NCBI GenBank assembly: GCA_041159065.1
Contig: JBEBAG010000288.1
Coordinates: forward strand, 380-64,379
DNA: 64,000 nucleotides
Source: Verrucomicrobiota bacterium
Lineage (GTDB): Bacteria; Verrucomicrobiota; Verrucomicrobiia; Chthoniobacterales; Chthoniobacteraceae
Reading direction: 5' to 3'
Shown here piece after piece: positions 19,593 through 27,908 of this stretch (within the stretch, counting starts at the first letter, position 1; each line of letters begins with the position of its first letter). The position numbers and the translations under genes were made by a program. Below the pieces are notes generated by a model, which searched no databases, was not told the DNA's origin, and saw only the letters and a program-made list of their open reading frames with translations.

Positions 19593-20663
19593 ATGCTTCG
19601 CGCTTCCGCTTCCCGTCGCCAGTTCCTGCTCGCCTCGGCCGCCTCGCTGATCGCCCCCGTGATCCGCGCTCAGAGCAAAACGGCTCCCGCATTTCACAAC
19701 GCGCTGATTGGCCATGGCGCCTTCCGTTACCGCGTGGACAAACTCTGGAGCCAAGCCGATCCGGAGACGCATCCCGTCCGCGACTGCCACGAAATGGTTC
19801 AGGTCGCCGATGGGCGTCTTTTCCTCCTCACCAACCACCCGCAGAACAACGTTCTCATCTACGCCAAGTCGGGCCAGCTGCTGGGATCGTGGACCCTCCG
19901 TCTTTCGGGTGCCCACGGGCTCACGTACCACCGCCAGCCTGATGGAGGCGAATTCCTCTTTCTCACGGACACCGGTGGCCGCGTGGTGAAGACCTCCCTC
20001 GACGGGCAGATCTTGATGGAGTTGCCCCGGCCCGCCTCCGTGGGCGCCTACAAGGAACACGATCCCTACAGCCCCACCGAGGCCGCGGTGGCGCCCAACG
20101 GCGATGTGTACGTCGCGGATGGGTACGGTTCCCAGTTCATCCTCCGCTTCGATTCCAATGGCAAATTTCTGTCCAAATTCGGGGGGAAAAGCACCCAGCC
20201 GAGCAACCCCGGCCGCTTCATGCAGGCCCACGGGGTGGCCCTCGATTTGCGCGGACCGGAGCCGCTGTTGGTCTGCACCGAACGCGTCCGGAATGAGTTC
20301 AATTGGTTCACCCTCGATGGGGCACATGTGCGGGGCGTCTATCTTCCCGGCGCGTATGTGAGCCGTCCCGTGATTCACGGGATGCACCTGTATTCCGGGG
20401 TCTGCTTCGGGGCCAAACCGGACGACTACCGGATGTGGCAAAAGCGGGGTTTTGTGACGATCCTCGACGCTGAGGGACGCGTCGTTTCGAATCCCGGGGG
20501 CCATGCTCCGGAATACAAGGAAGGCCGACTGCAGCTGATGCTGCAGGAGCAGCCGGTGTTCGAAAACTGCCACGATGTGTGCGTGGATGATGCGGGCGAC
20601 CTGTATGTCTGCCAGTGGAACAGCGGCAGGGTGTACCCGTACAAACTCCATCGCGAAGCCTGA
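19593..20663 (+). CDS. Tat-exported six-bladed beta-propeller protein (NHL/PAL-like repeats)
   Basis: Track ORF 19158-20663, trimmed to ATG 19593 (MLRASASRRQFLLASAASLIAPVIRAQS; ATG 19569 is also possible). Repeated blades such as GDVYVADGYGSQFILRFDSNGKF and HDVCVDDAGDLYVCQWNSGRVY. Confidence 0.65.
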   Translation: MLRASASRRQFLLASAASLIAPVIRAQSKTAPAFHNALIGHGAFRYRVDKLWSQADPETHPVRDCHEMVQVADGRLFLLTNHPQNNVLIYAKSGQLLGSWTLRLSGAHGLTYHRQPDGGEFLFLTDTGGRVVKTSLDGQILMELPRPASVGAYKEHDPYSPTEAAVAPNGDVYVADGYGSQFILRFDSNGKFLSKFGGKSTQPSNPGRFMQAHGVALDLRGPEPLLVCTERVRNEFNWFTLDGAHVRGVYLPGAYVSRPVIHGMHLYSGVCFGAKPDDYRMWQKRGFVTILDAEGRVVSNPGGHAPEYKEGRLQLMLQEQPVFENCHDVCVDDAGDLYVCQWNSGRVYPYKLHREA

Positions 20664-20734
20664 CGCGCGGCAACCTCCGCAGGGGTGCGTGGAGGGTTTG
20701 TCTCCGCCCCGCGTGCCCTGCATACTGGCGGGGC

Positions 20735-21910
20735 ATGCAACTCCAACCCCTCCCCCTGTGGGGCGCGCTTTTGCTCGCCCTCACGTCCCCCGCAGTCGCC
20801 CAAGCCCCGGGGGCGCAGCCTCCCGCCAACGCGCAGCCTCCGGCGAAGCCGCAGCCCCCTGCGAAACCGCAGCCTCCGACCCGTCCCTTCGACGCGCCCA
20901 CGGCGCCGCGCTTTGAGCGGCTCGACGGGAAACCCGGCGCGGTGCCTCCGCTGGATGCGGTGGGTGATTTTGTGGTGGGACCGGAGTACGTCCCCGCTCC
21001 TGAAACGAAGGCGGACGAGTCTGTTCCGGCGGGTCGTGTGGAGCAGTTCGTCATGGATTCCAAGGAGTGCAAGCGGTTCAACCCGGGCATTGCGCGCAAG
21101 GAGTTCGGTGTGGTGGATCCGAACAATCCGAAGACGTTGATCGTGCAGACGCACGAGATCGATTATAAGCGCACCATCACCGTGTACGTTCCCGCAGGTT
21201 ACGTGGCGGGACAGGAGGCGCCCGTGCTCGTCACCCACGACGGACCCGGGATGGGAAAGCCTGACAAGGGCCTGGCCCGCGTGCTGGACAACCTGATTGC
21301 CGCCAAGCGCATTCCGGCGCTGGTTGCGGTGATGATCCAGAACGGCGGAGGGGATGCACAGGGGCATGAGCGAGGCCGCGAGTACGACACGCTCTCACCG
21401 CTTTTCGCGGAATTCATTGAGGAGGAGGTCTTTCCCCTTGTGGAGAAGCAATGCGGGGTGCGGCTCACGAAGAATCCGGAGGCCAGAGCCACGATGGGAA
21501 CCAGTTCCGGTGCGGCCGCGGCGTTCACGATGGCTTGGTATCGCCCCGACCTTTTCCGCCGGGTGATTTCGTTTTCGGGGACGTTTGTGAACCAGCAGTG
21601 GCCCTTCAATCCGGAGACGCCGGATGGTGCGTGGGGATACCACACGACGCTCATTCCCCGGAGTGCCGCGAAACCGCTGCGTGTCTGGATGTGCGTGGGG
21701 GATCGCGACAATTTGAATCCCAACGTCATGCGGGATGACATGCACGATTGGGTGGAGGCGAATCATCGCATGGCGAAGGTGCTTCGGGAGAAGGGCTATC
21801 GCTACCAGTACCTCTTCTGCCTCAACTCCGGGCATGGGGTGGGAAATGCCCGCCCGCAGCTGCTTCCCCAGGCGCTCGAGTGGGTTTGGAAAGATTACAA
21901 ACCGCAGTAG
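20735..21910 (+). CDS. secreted esterase (enterochelin-esterase/esterase-D-like alpha/beta hydrolase)
   Basis: Track ORF 20615-21910, trimmed to ATG 20735 (MQLQPLPLWGALLLALTSPAVAQA). Pro-rich linker, then ALVAVMIQNGGGDAQGHERGREYD, nucleophile elbow ATMGTSSGAAAAF, and C-terminal LNSGHG. Confidence 0.75.
   Translation: MQLQPLPLWGALLLALTSPAVAQAPGAQPPANAQPPAKPQPPAKPQPPTRPFDAPTAPRFERLDGKPGAVPPLDAVGDFVVGPEYVPAPETKADESVPAGRVEQFVMDSKECKRFNPGIARKEFGVVDPNNPKTLIVQTHEIDYKRTITVYVPAGYVAGQEAPVLVTHDGPGMGKPDKGLARVLDNLIAAKRIPALVAVMIQNGGGDAQGHERGREYDTLSPLFAEFIEEEVFPLVEKQCGVRLTKNPEARATMGTSSGAAAAFTMAWYRPDLFRRVISFSGTFVNQQWPFNPETPDGAWGYHTTLIPRSAAKPLRVWMCVGDRDNLNPNVMRDDMHDWVEANHRMAKVLREKGYRYQYLFCLNSGHGVGNARPQLLPQALEWVWKDYKPQ
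20813..20884 (+). repeat. four imperfect in-frame 18-nt tandem repeats encoding an (A/P)QPP(A/T)(N/K/R) linker
   Basis: gcgcagcctcccgccaac / gcgcagcctccggcgaag / ccgcagccccctgcgaaa / ccgcagcctccgacccgt = AQPPAN AQPPAK PQPPAK PQPPTR, directly after the esterase signal peptide. Confidence 0.7.
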
Positions 21911-22686
21911 TCCGTTCGTGGACTCCAGGGTTCCTCGCGCGCGGTTCCGGCGGGTCCGCGCGCTTCCCGGGCCAACGCGCGTTCCAACCGTGCGCTGAAG
22001 CGCTGCCACGCCTTGCCGCAGCGGGTCCGGAACGCTCCGGGGGATAGGCCAAGGGCGCGGAGGGCGTGGCGGTGATCCCAGGCGACGACGAGGACCGTGA
22101 GGGCGTGCACCGCGCGAAACTGAAGACGCCAGAACCAGCGGACGACGGGCGATAACCTCGCGACGCGCACGCGGAAGAAGTCCCTTTGGAAGGCGAGGTG
22201 GCGGGTCTCGTCCTGCAGAATTTTCTGGGCCAGGCAGCGCACCACGGGGTCGTCGCAGTGGAGGTAGAGGAGTCCGTAGTACACCTCGGCGATGAGCTCC
22301 GCGGTCAGGAGCATCTGAATGGTGAAGTCCAGATTCAGGAGGAAGCGGAGCCTCTGGAAGACCGAATTGGTCCACTGCTTGGTGAGGAGACGCCCCCCGA
22401 GGTGCTCGACTGCTCGGGCCAGCAGGTACGAGTGGCTTTGCTCCTCCTTGATAAAGCGGTCCACAGCCTCCGGATAGCCGCGCAGGTCTGCGCCGATCCT
22501 CGCATCGTGGCAGCAGCGGCGAATGCGAGAGCCGCTTCCCGATTCCCCCAACTGGAACACCGCAAGGGATTTTGCCAAGGGTTTCCTTACCGCCTCGGGA
22601 AGGCTGCAGGGGGTTTTCGGAAATTCGAGTGCGCGGTTTTTCTCGGTGTTCGTCTCGAAGTGATGGATCCAGTACGGGGTATTCAT
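21895..22686 (-). CDS. ferritin-like di-iron carboxylate superfamily protein (function unknown)
   Basis: Two ExxH motifs (IKEEQSHSYL and LQDETRHLAF) plus helix glutamates (FQLGESG, LTAELIAEV) give a four-helix-bundle di-iron pattern. The ATG overlaps the ispH stop by 4 nt. The 3' end overlaps the convergent esterase gene by 16 nt. Confidence 0.65.
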   Translation of the reverse strand: MNTPYWIHHFETNTEKNRALEFPKTPCSLPEAVRKPLAKSLAVFQLGESGSGSRIRRCCHDARIGADLRGYPEAVDRFIKEEQSHSYLLARAVEHLGGRLLTKQWTNSVFQRLRFLLNLDFTIQMLLTAELIAEVYYGLLYLHCDDPVVRCLAQKILQDETRHLAFQRDFFRVRVARLSPVVRWFWRLQFRAVHALTVLVVAWDHRHALRALGLSPGAFRTRCGKAWQRFSARLERALAREARGPAGTAREEPWSPRTDYCGL

Positions 22687-23585
22687 GGGTTTGGGTGGGG
22701 ATGTGGGTGGGGTTGAGATGGGTCGCGAAGGGGGTCCTCCAAGGTGGCGCCGAGGCTTCGGAGGCGATCGATCACGAGCCGGATGGTTTCATCCGGGGTG
22801 GAGGTGCCGGCGGTCAGCCCGACGTGCTCGACTCCGGAGAACCAGCCGGGGTCGATTTCGTGCGCGAATTCGACCGGTCGCGGAGTGGCGCCGCATTGGC
22901 GGATGCGGTGGGCGAGTTGGGTGGTGTTGTTACTGACTCTGCCTCCAACCACGATCACGACCTCGCACCGCTTGCAGAGCGTTTCCACCGCCTCCTGGCG
23001 CAGTTTGGTGGGCTGGCAGACCGTGTCCACGTAGCGGACCTCCGAGTGGGGAAGCGCATCCCGCACGCGCGAGACGAGGGCCTCGACCCGGGACAGGGGC
23101 TGGGTCGTTTGGGCGATGATGCCGATTCGCGGCATGGGCGGGATCCGGGCGATATCCCCGGGCTCGAGGATGATGCTGGCGTCTGGAAAATCGCCGGTGA
23201 GGCCCCGCACCTCGGCATGGGTGGACTGCCCGATGACGACGGGATGAAAGCCCTGGCGCACCAGCTGGTGGAGGGCTCCGTGTGCCTTGCGTACGAGGGG
23301 ACAGGTGGTGTCGGTCAGCGTGTGTCCTGCGTTGATCCAGCGTTGCCGGTCCCGGTCCGAGGCGCCGTGCGCGGTGATCAGGACGCGTTGCGTGGAGGCG
23401 CTGGAGAGGGAGTGGAGGTCTCCCTCGCGCAGGCCGAGGGCGGCCAGGTTTTGGGTGACGGTGGGGTTGTGGACGAGCGGGCCGAGGAGGGTGGCGGGTT
23501 CGCGGTGGGCGGTCTGCTCGGCGGTCCGGAGGGCGTCCCGGACGCCGAAGCACATTCCGTAATGGGCGGCGAGGTGGAGTTTCAT
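22683..23585 (-). CDS. ispH: 4-hydroxy-3-methylbut-2-enyl diphosphate reductase
   Basis: Track ORF 22683-23630, trimmed to ATG 23585 (MKLHLAAHYGMCFGVRDAL, cluster Cys 1). ITAHGAS, TDTTCPLVRKAH (Cys 2), VDTVCQPT (Cys 3), VVGGRVSNNTTQLA. Confidence 0.9.
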   Translation of the reverse strand: MKLHLAAHYGMCFGVRDALRTAEQTAHREPATLLGPLVHNPTVTQNLAALGLREGDLHSLSSASTQRVLITAHGASDRDRQRWINAGHTLTDTTCPLVRKAHGALHQLVRQGFHPVVIGQSTHAEVRGLTGDFPDASIILEPGDIARIPPMPRIGIIAQTTQPLSRVEALVSRVRDALPHSEVRYVDTVCQPTKLRQEAVETLCKRCEVVIVVGGRVSNNTTQLAHRIRQCGATPRPVEFAHEIDPGWFSGVEHVGLTAGTSTPDETIRLVIDRLRSLGATLEDPLRDPSQPHPHPHPNP

Positions 23586-23636
23586 GGATGGATGGCTGGG
23601 TTGGCTTTGTGGCGCAAAGTGAATGGGCAAAAATTT

Positions 23637-23942
23637 TTAGTCCCGGGGGCGCATCGCCTGCACGATGCTCTCCAACACATCGAGGTAGTTCCGGAATGCC
23701 GCACGGCCCTGCGCGCTCAGGGAGTAGGTGGTGCGCGGACGGCTTCCGGAGTCGTCCTTCTCCTCGAGCACAAAGCCCGCGGTGCCGAGGGTGCGCAGGT
23801 GGGTGATGAGGTTGCCGTCGCTCATTGCGAGTTCGGATTTCAGTTCCTGGAAGGACCAGCCTGCGCGACTGGCGAGGAGCGTCATGATCGCGAGGCGCGC
23901 CTTTTCGTGGATCGTTTTGTCGAGTCGGTCGAAGTCAATCAT
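23637..23942 (-). CDS. small winged-helix transcriptional regulator
   Basis: 101 aa. HEKARLAIMTLLASRAGWSFQELKSELAMSDGNLITHLRTLGTAGFVLEEK is a wHTH pattern. The ATG overlaps the stop of the upstream membrane-protein gene by 4 nt. Confidence 0.75.
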   Translation of the reverse strand: MIDFDRLDKTIHEKARLAIMTLLASRAGWSFQELKSELAMSDGNLITHLRTLGTAGFVLEEKDDSGSRPRTTYSLSAQGRAAFRNYLDVLESIVQAMRPRD

Positions 23943-24589
23943 CGCAGCGGAGTGCGGTCAGGCTTGGGGCCGAGAAGGACGCATCCCGCGTAGAGCAGGT
24001 GCAGTATTCCGAAACTCGCCCCCATGACGAGGGAGGCGCCGTGTCCGCTGCGCAGGAACGTTTGGAGGGCTTCGTTTCCGAGCCCGAGGATGGCAAAGAC
24101 GGTTGCCCCCATGGTGAGGAAGGTCCAGCCGAGGCGCACGAGGGAACGGGGCGAAAAACTGGAGGTGCCCAAGAGCGCGAGCCCGTAGCAGAGCATCCAG
24201 TACGTGGCCGCCATGATCATGTCGCCGTGCAAGACCACGGCTCCCACGCCGAGGAGACCGCCCACGCCCATGGGAGGAACAATGGCGCGCAGGGCCATTC
24301 GCATTCCCTCGGACACGGTGGGTTGGCTGCGGCGGGATGCTTCGCGGGAAAGGAGCGCGAAATTCGCCGCGCTGGTGATGGCCAAGATCACGAGCCACGT
24401 CGCCAGAAAACCGGGGGGAGTGACGGGGAATCCGCCCGCCCTTGTGAGGGATGCGACGATGCCCGCGGTCACCGCGAGGCCTCCACCGACCAGGGCGGCC
24501 GGGGCGGAGATGGACCGGTAAATCTGGGCTCGCTCCATGAGGGAACGAATCACGCGCAGGCTTTCGAGGGCCTCAAGCTGAGAGGTCAT
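23939..24589 (-). CDS. polytopic membrane protein of unknown function (partner of the wHTH regulator)
   Basis: Track ORF 23939-24643, trimmed to ATG 24589 (MTSQLEALESLRVIRSLMERAQIY...). It is followed by about 6 hydrophobic segments (e.g. GGGLAVTAGIVASL, WLVILAITSAANFALL, MIMAATYWMLCYGLALLGT). Confidence 0.65.
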   Translation of the reverse strand: MTSQLEALESLRVIRSLMERAQIYRSISAPAALVGGGLAVTAGIVASLTRAGGFPVTPPGFLATWLVILAITSAANFALLSREASRRSQPTVSEGMRMALRAIVPPMGVGGLLGVGAVVLHGDMIMAATYWMLCYGLALLGTSSFSPRSLVRLGWTFLTMGATVFAILGLGNEALQTFLRSGHGASLVMGASFGILHLLYAGCVLLGPKPDRTPLR

Positions 24590-24665
24590 GACGCGAGCTT
24601 TGCAGCGCAAAGTTTCCTGGGCAAGCAAAACTTTGCGCCGCAAAGCTCGCGCGTGCCCGCGGGGG

Positions 24666-25838
24666 TTAGGGCACCACTTCCACCGTGGATCCGTCCGTCA
24701 GCGAGTCTGACGGGTTCTGCACCACGCGTTCGCCCGTCGTGACTCCCGAGACCAGTTCCACGACCTGTCCATAATCGCGGCCCAAGGTGACGTTGCGAAA
24801 CTGCACGCGGTCTCCCGTTCCCACGACGGCGATCTGGGCCCCCTCCGAGCGGTAGATCAGGGAATTGGCGGGCACGGTCAGGGGTTTCTCTTCGCGGGCG
24901 CCCTGAATTCGCACCTGCGCGTAGCTTCCGGACAGAAGCTCGCCGGAGCGATTGTCCACCTCGAGTTCGGTGAGCAGGGTACGCGAGGCGGCCTCCAGCG
25001 CTCCGGCCGTGCGCACGACCTTGGCGGTGAACGTTCTCCCGTGCACCTCGGGAAGCGTGATCTCCGCCGGGGCGCCGATTTGCACGCTGCGCGCGTAAGC
25101 CTGTGGCACCCGCACGAACACGCGCAGGTGCGAGGTCTGTGCGAGGCGGAAGAGTTCCCGTGCCCCGCCGGCCTCCACCAGCTGCCCGACGTCAATGCGG
25201 CGTGCGGTGATCGTGCCGGAGAAAGGGGCGGTGATTTTTGAGAATCCGGAGATTTCCTCGAGGCGCTGCACCTCCGCTCGCGCAGCCTCGAGGGCCGCCT
25301 GTTTGAGATGCAAATCGGCATCCTTCTCGTCCGCCTCCTGCTGGGAGGCCGAACGGGAGGCGAGCAATTCCCGCCAGCGTTTGGCGGTGATTTCCGAAAG
25401 GGCGAGCGCGGCTTCCGCAAGGGAGAGCTGAGCCCGGGCCCGGGATAGCTCGCGGCCCAGCTCCGGGGTGTCGAGTTCCGCGAGGACTTGGCCCGCTTCC
25501 ACCCGGTCGCCCAAGTCGGCGTTCCAATGGCGCACATACCCGCTGACCCGTGCGAGGAGGGTGGCCTCGACGGCCGGCTTGAGCTCGCCGGATAGCGAGA
25601 GGGGCTTTCCGTCCGGCGCGGGCTGGGGCGTGGCCGTGCGTACGCGCAGTTTGGACAAGTCCCGCGCGGTGGCCGCCGCCTCCTGATGGCGTTGCAGCTT
25701 GGGGAGCAGGCCCACGCCGAAGCCCAGCCCCGCAAGGAGGAGCAGCCCCGCCATCGTTCCGTAAAACACGCCTCCGGAGTTTTTGGGAAGAGACGTTTCG
25801 GGGCCGTCGGTCTCGGATGGCGCTGCGGGGATGCTCAT
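24666..25838 (-). CDS. efflux transporter periplasmic adaptor subunit (MacA/AcrA-type membrane fusion protein)
   Basis: Track ORF 24666-26465, trimmed to ATG 25838 (MSIPAAPSE..., TM GTMAGLLLLAGLGFGVGLL). Lipoyl-like ARVSGYVRHWNADLGDRVEAGQVLAELDTPEL, coiled coil, ITAPFSGTITARRIDVGQLV. Confidence 0.8.
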   Translation of the reverse strand: MSIPAAPSETDGPETSLPKNSGGVFYGTMAGLLLLAGLGFGVGLLPKLQRHQEAAATARDLSKLRVRTATPQPAPDGKPLSLSGELKPAVEATLLARVSGYVRHWNADLGDRVEAGQVLAELDTPELGRELSRARAQLSLAEAALALSEITAKRWRELLASRSASQQEADEKDADLHLKQAALEAARAEVQRLEEISGFSKITAPFSGTITARRIDVGQLVEAGGARELFRLAQTSHLRVFVRVPQAYARSVQIGAPAEITLPEVHGRTFTAKVVRTAGALEAASRTLLTELEVDNRSGELLSGSYAQVRIQGAREEKPLTVPANSLIYRSEGAQIAVVGTGDRVQFRNVTLGRDYGQVVELVSGVTTGERVVQNPSDSLTDGSTVEVVP

Positions 25839-25994
25839 GGGTTCAAGGAATATCCGGCTCTCCGCGAAGGCAACCCTCGACGGCTTGAAACCTTTGAAGC
25901 GCGGTTTCACGCGCGCCGCATCCAGCCCAAGGATCGCATCTCCTGCATGGCGGGGCACGTTGACGCCCCCGTCCCGGGCTGGTTGGTTAAGGGC

Positions 25995-27128
25995 ATGCTC
26001 CGACTGGCGCTTAAGATGCTTTTTGGCGACCGGGCCAAGTACATGATGCTCGTGTGCGGTCTGAGCTTCTGTGCGCTGCTCATGACCCAGCAGTCCTCCG
26101 TTTTTTGCGGGCTCCTGCTCTGGACCACCGCCACTGTGCGCAATCTTCCCGTGCCCATTTGGGTGGCGGACTCCAAAGTGGAGCAGGTCAACGAGGTGGT
26201 GCCCCTGCGTGACATTGACGTGCAGCGGGTCCGATCGGTCCCGGGCGTGGAGTGGGCGGTGCCGCTGTTTTGGGGAATCCTGCAAGCCCGTCTTCAGGAT
26301 GGGACGTTTCAGGCCATGCAGATCACGGGGCTGGATAGCGCCACGCTTGTGGGGCGTCCGGCCCAGATGCGGGCCGGGCGGGTGGAGGCTTTGCGCCTGC
26401 CCAACGCGGTGATTGTGGACCAGGTGGCGATCCAGAAGTTCGCCAAACGCGGCATCCGGCTTCAAGTCGGGTCCACCTTTGAAATCAACGACAAGGAAGC
26501 GCGCGTGGTGGGGATCTGCCAGACGGCGCGTTCATTTTTGGGGCAACCCTACGTGTTCACCACCTACTCGCGCGCGCTCGAGTACGCGCCACCGCAACGC
26601 AAGAATCTCTCTTTCATCCTCACCCAGCCCAAGCCAGGCGTTCCCGCTTCGGAGGTGGCTCAGCGCATCAACCTGCTGCGCGGCCTGCGCGCATTCGTTG
26701 CCGACCAGTTCGCGGTGCGGACGATCTGGTGGTATTTCACCAACACGGGCATTCCCATCGCCTTTGGGGTGGTGGTGATTCTCGGGGCGGTGGTGGGCGT
26801 GGCCATAGCCGGCCAGACCTTCTACCTGTTCATCCATGAGAACCTGCGCTTCATGGCGGCGCTCAAGGCAATGGGTGCGGGCATGGAAACCCTTGCTAAA
26901 ATGGTTTTTGCTCAGGCGTTTACCGTTGGATTCACCGGCTATGGACTGGGGGTGGGCTTCACGGCCCTGTTTGGCAATGCCGTACTCAAGCGGGGGGAGC
27001 CGCCCTTCTACATGCCTCCGCAGGTCCTCCTCTTCACCGGCGGCGTGATTGTCGCGATCTGCTGCTTTTCCGCGCTCATCGGGCTGATCAAGATCGCCCG
27101 CGCGGAGGCCGCCATGGTCTTCAAATAG
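25995..27128 (+). CDS. ABC transporter permease, FtsX/MacB-type (DevC-like)
   Basis: Track ORF 25686-27128, trimmed to ATG 25995 (MLRLALKMLFGDRAKYMMLVCGLSF; ATG 25947 is also possible). A large periplasmic loop is followed by a C-terminal FtsX-type bundle (IAFGVVVILGAVVGVAIAGQTFYLFIHENLRFMAALKAMGAG). Confidence 0.8.
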   Translation: MLRLALKMLFGDRAKYMMLVCGLSFCALLMTQQSSVFCGLLLWTTATVRNLPVPIWVADSKVEQVNEVVPLRDIDVQRVRSVPGVEWAVPLFWGILQARLQDGTFQAMQITGLDSATLVGRPAQMRAGRVEALRLPNAVIVDQVAIQKFAKRGIRLQVGSTFEINDKEARVVGICQTARSFLGQPYVFTTYSRALEYAPPQRKNLSFILTQPKPGVPASEVAQRINLLRGLRAFVADQFAVRTIWWYFTNTGIPIAFGVVVILGAVVGVAIAGQTFYLFIHENLRFMAALKAMGAGMETLAKMVFAQAFTVGFTGYGLGVGFTALFGNAVLKRGEPPFYMPPQVLLFTGGVIVAICCFSALIGLIKIARAEAAMVFK

Positions 27129-27179
27129 CCTCTTCAATCGCCTCCTCCCAGCGCCTCCGCTCCGGCCCCGCCACGTCCC

Positions 27180-27908
27180 TTGAACACCGCCTCCGCCCAA
27201 TCCCTCGCCATTCAGACGCGTGATCTGGTCAAAACCTTCGGTCAAGGGGAGGGCACCGTGCACGCCCTCAAGGGGGTCAACTTTGAGGCCCGTTGCGGCG
27301 AACTCATGATGATCGTGGGCCCCTCGGGCTGCGGTAAAACCACCCTCCTCAGCGTTCTCTGCGGGACCCTGCACTACGACTCTGGATCGGTCGTTGTTTT
27401 TGAGAAGGACCTCGCAGACCTCTCGTCCGCCCAACTCACCGCCTTTCGTGGAAGCCACATCGGCTTCGTTTTTCAACAGTTCAACCTGATCCCCACGTGG
27501 ACCGCGCTGGAGAACGTGTCCGTCCCCCTGTTGCTGCAAGGCCGCAAGCGAAGGGAGGCCGAGGCCGCCGCCGCCGCTCTGCTCGCCCAGGTGGGTCTCG
27601 CGGAACGCACCCGGTCCCTCCCCTCCCAGCTCTCGGGTGGCCAGCAGCAGCGCGTTGCCATCGCCCGCGCGCTGGTCCATCAGCCGCGGCTTCTCATCTG
27701 CGACGAACCCACTGCGGCCCTCGACGCGGCCTCCGGGCGCAAGGTGTTGGAGCTGCTCCGTCAAACCGCATGCCATCCCGGGCGCTGCGTGATCGTGGTC
27801 ACGCATGACAGCCGCATTTTTCCGTTTGCCGACCGGATTGCCGAGATGGATGACGGGGTGCTGAAGGCCATCCATGGACCGGGCGAATACAAGGCCTCTT
27901 ATGTTTAG
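27180..27908 (+). CDS. ABC transporter ATP-binding protein (MacB/LolD/DevA-type)
   Basis: Walker [12 protein letters not shown], signature [15 protein letters not shown], Walker [16 protein letters not shown] start as given by the ORF track. Confidence 0.9.
   Translation: MNTASAQSLAIQTRDLVKTFGQGEGTVHALKGVNFEARCGELMMIVGPSGCGKTTLLSVLCGTLHYDSGSVVVFEKDLADLSSAQLTAFRGSHIGFVFQQFNLIPTWTALENVSVPLLLQGRKRREAEAAAAALLAQVGLAERTRSLPSQLSGGQQQRVAIARALVHQPRLLICDEPTAALDAASGRKVLELLRQTACHPGRCVIVVTHDSRIFPFADRIAEMDDGVLKAIHGPGEYKASYV

Noticed and set aside
20813-20884. Tandem 18-nt repeats as a CRISPR-like or VNTR element
   Set aside because: The units are contiguous with no spacers, in frame, and encode a Pro-rich linker directly after a signal peptide. 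They are reported only as a coding low-complexity repeat.
24666-26465. N-terminal extensions in track ORFs (this one 599 aa; also 16097, 17972, 19158, 20615, 25686, 28760, 45684, 46800-47861, 49184-52129, 51951, 53105-54712, 59927-63466)
   Set aside because: The extensions run through divergent intergenic regions or the 3' ends of neighbouring genes. They are compositionally odd and precede an internal Met that opens a signal peptide or the conserved family N-terminus. I trimmed the starts accordingly, so exact start codons remain uncertain by a few codons.
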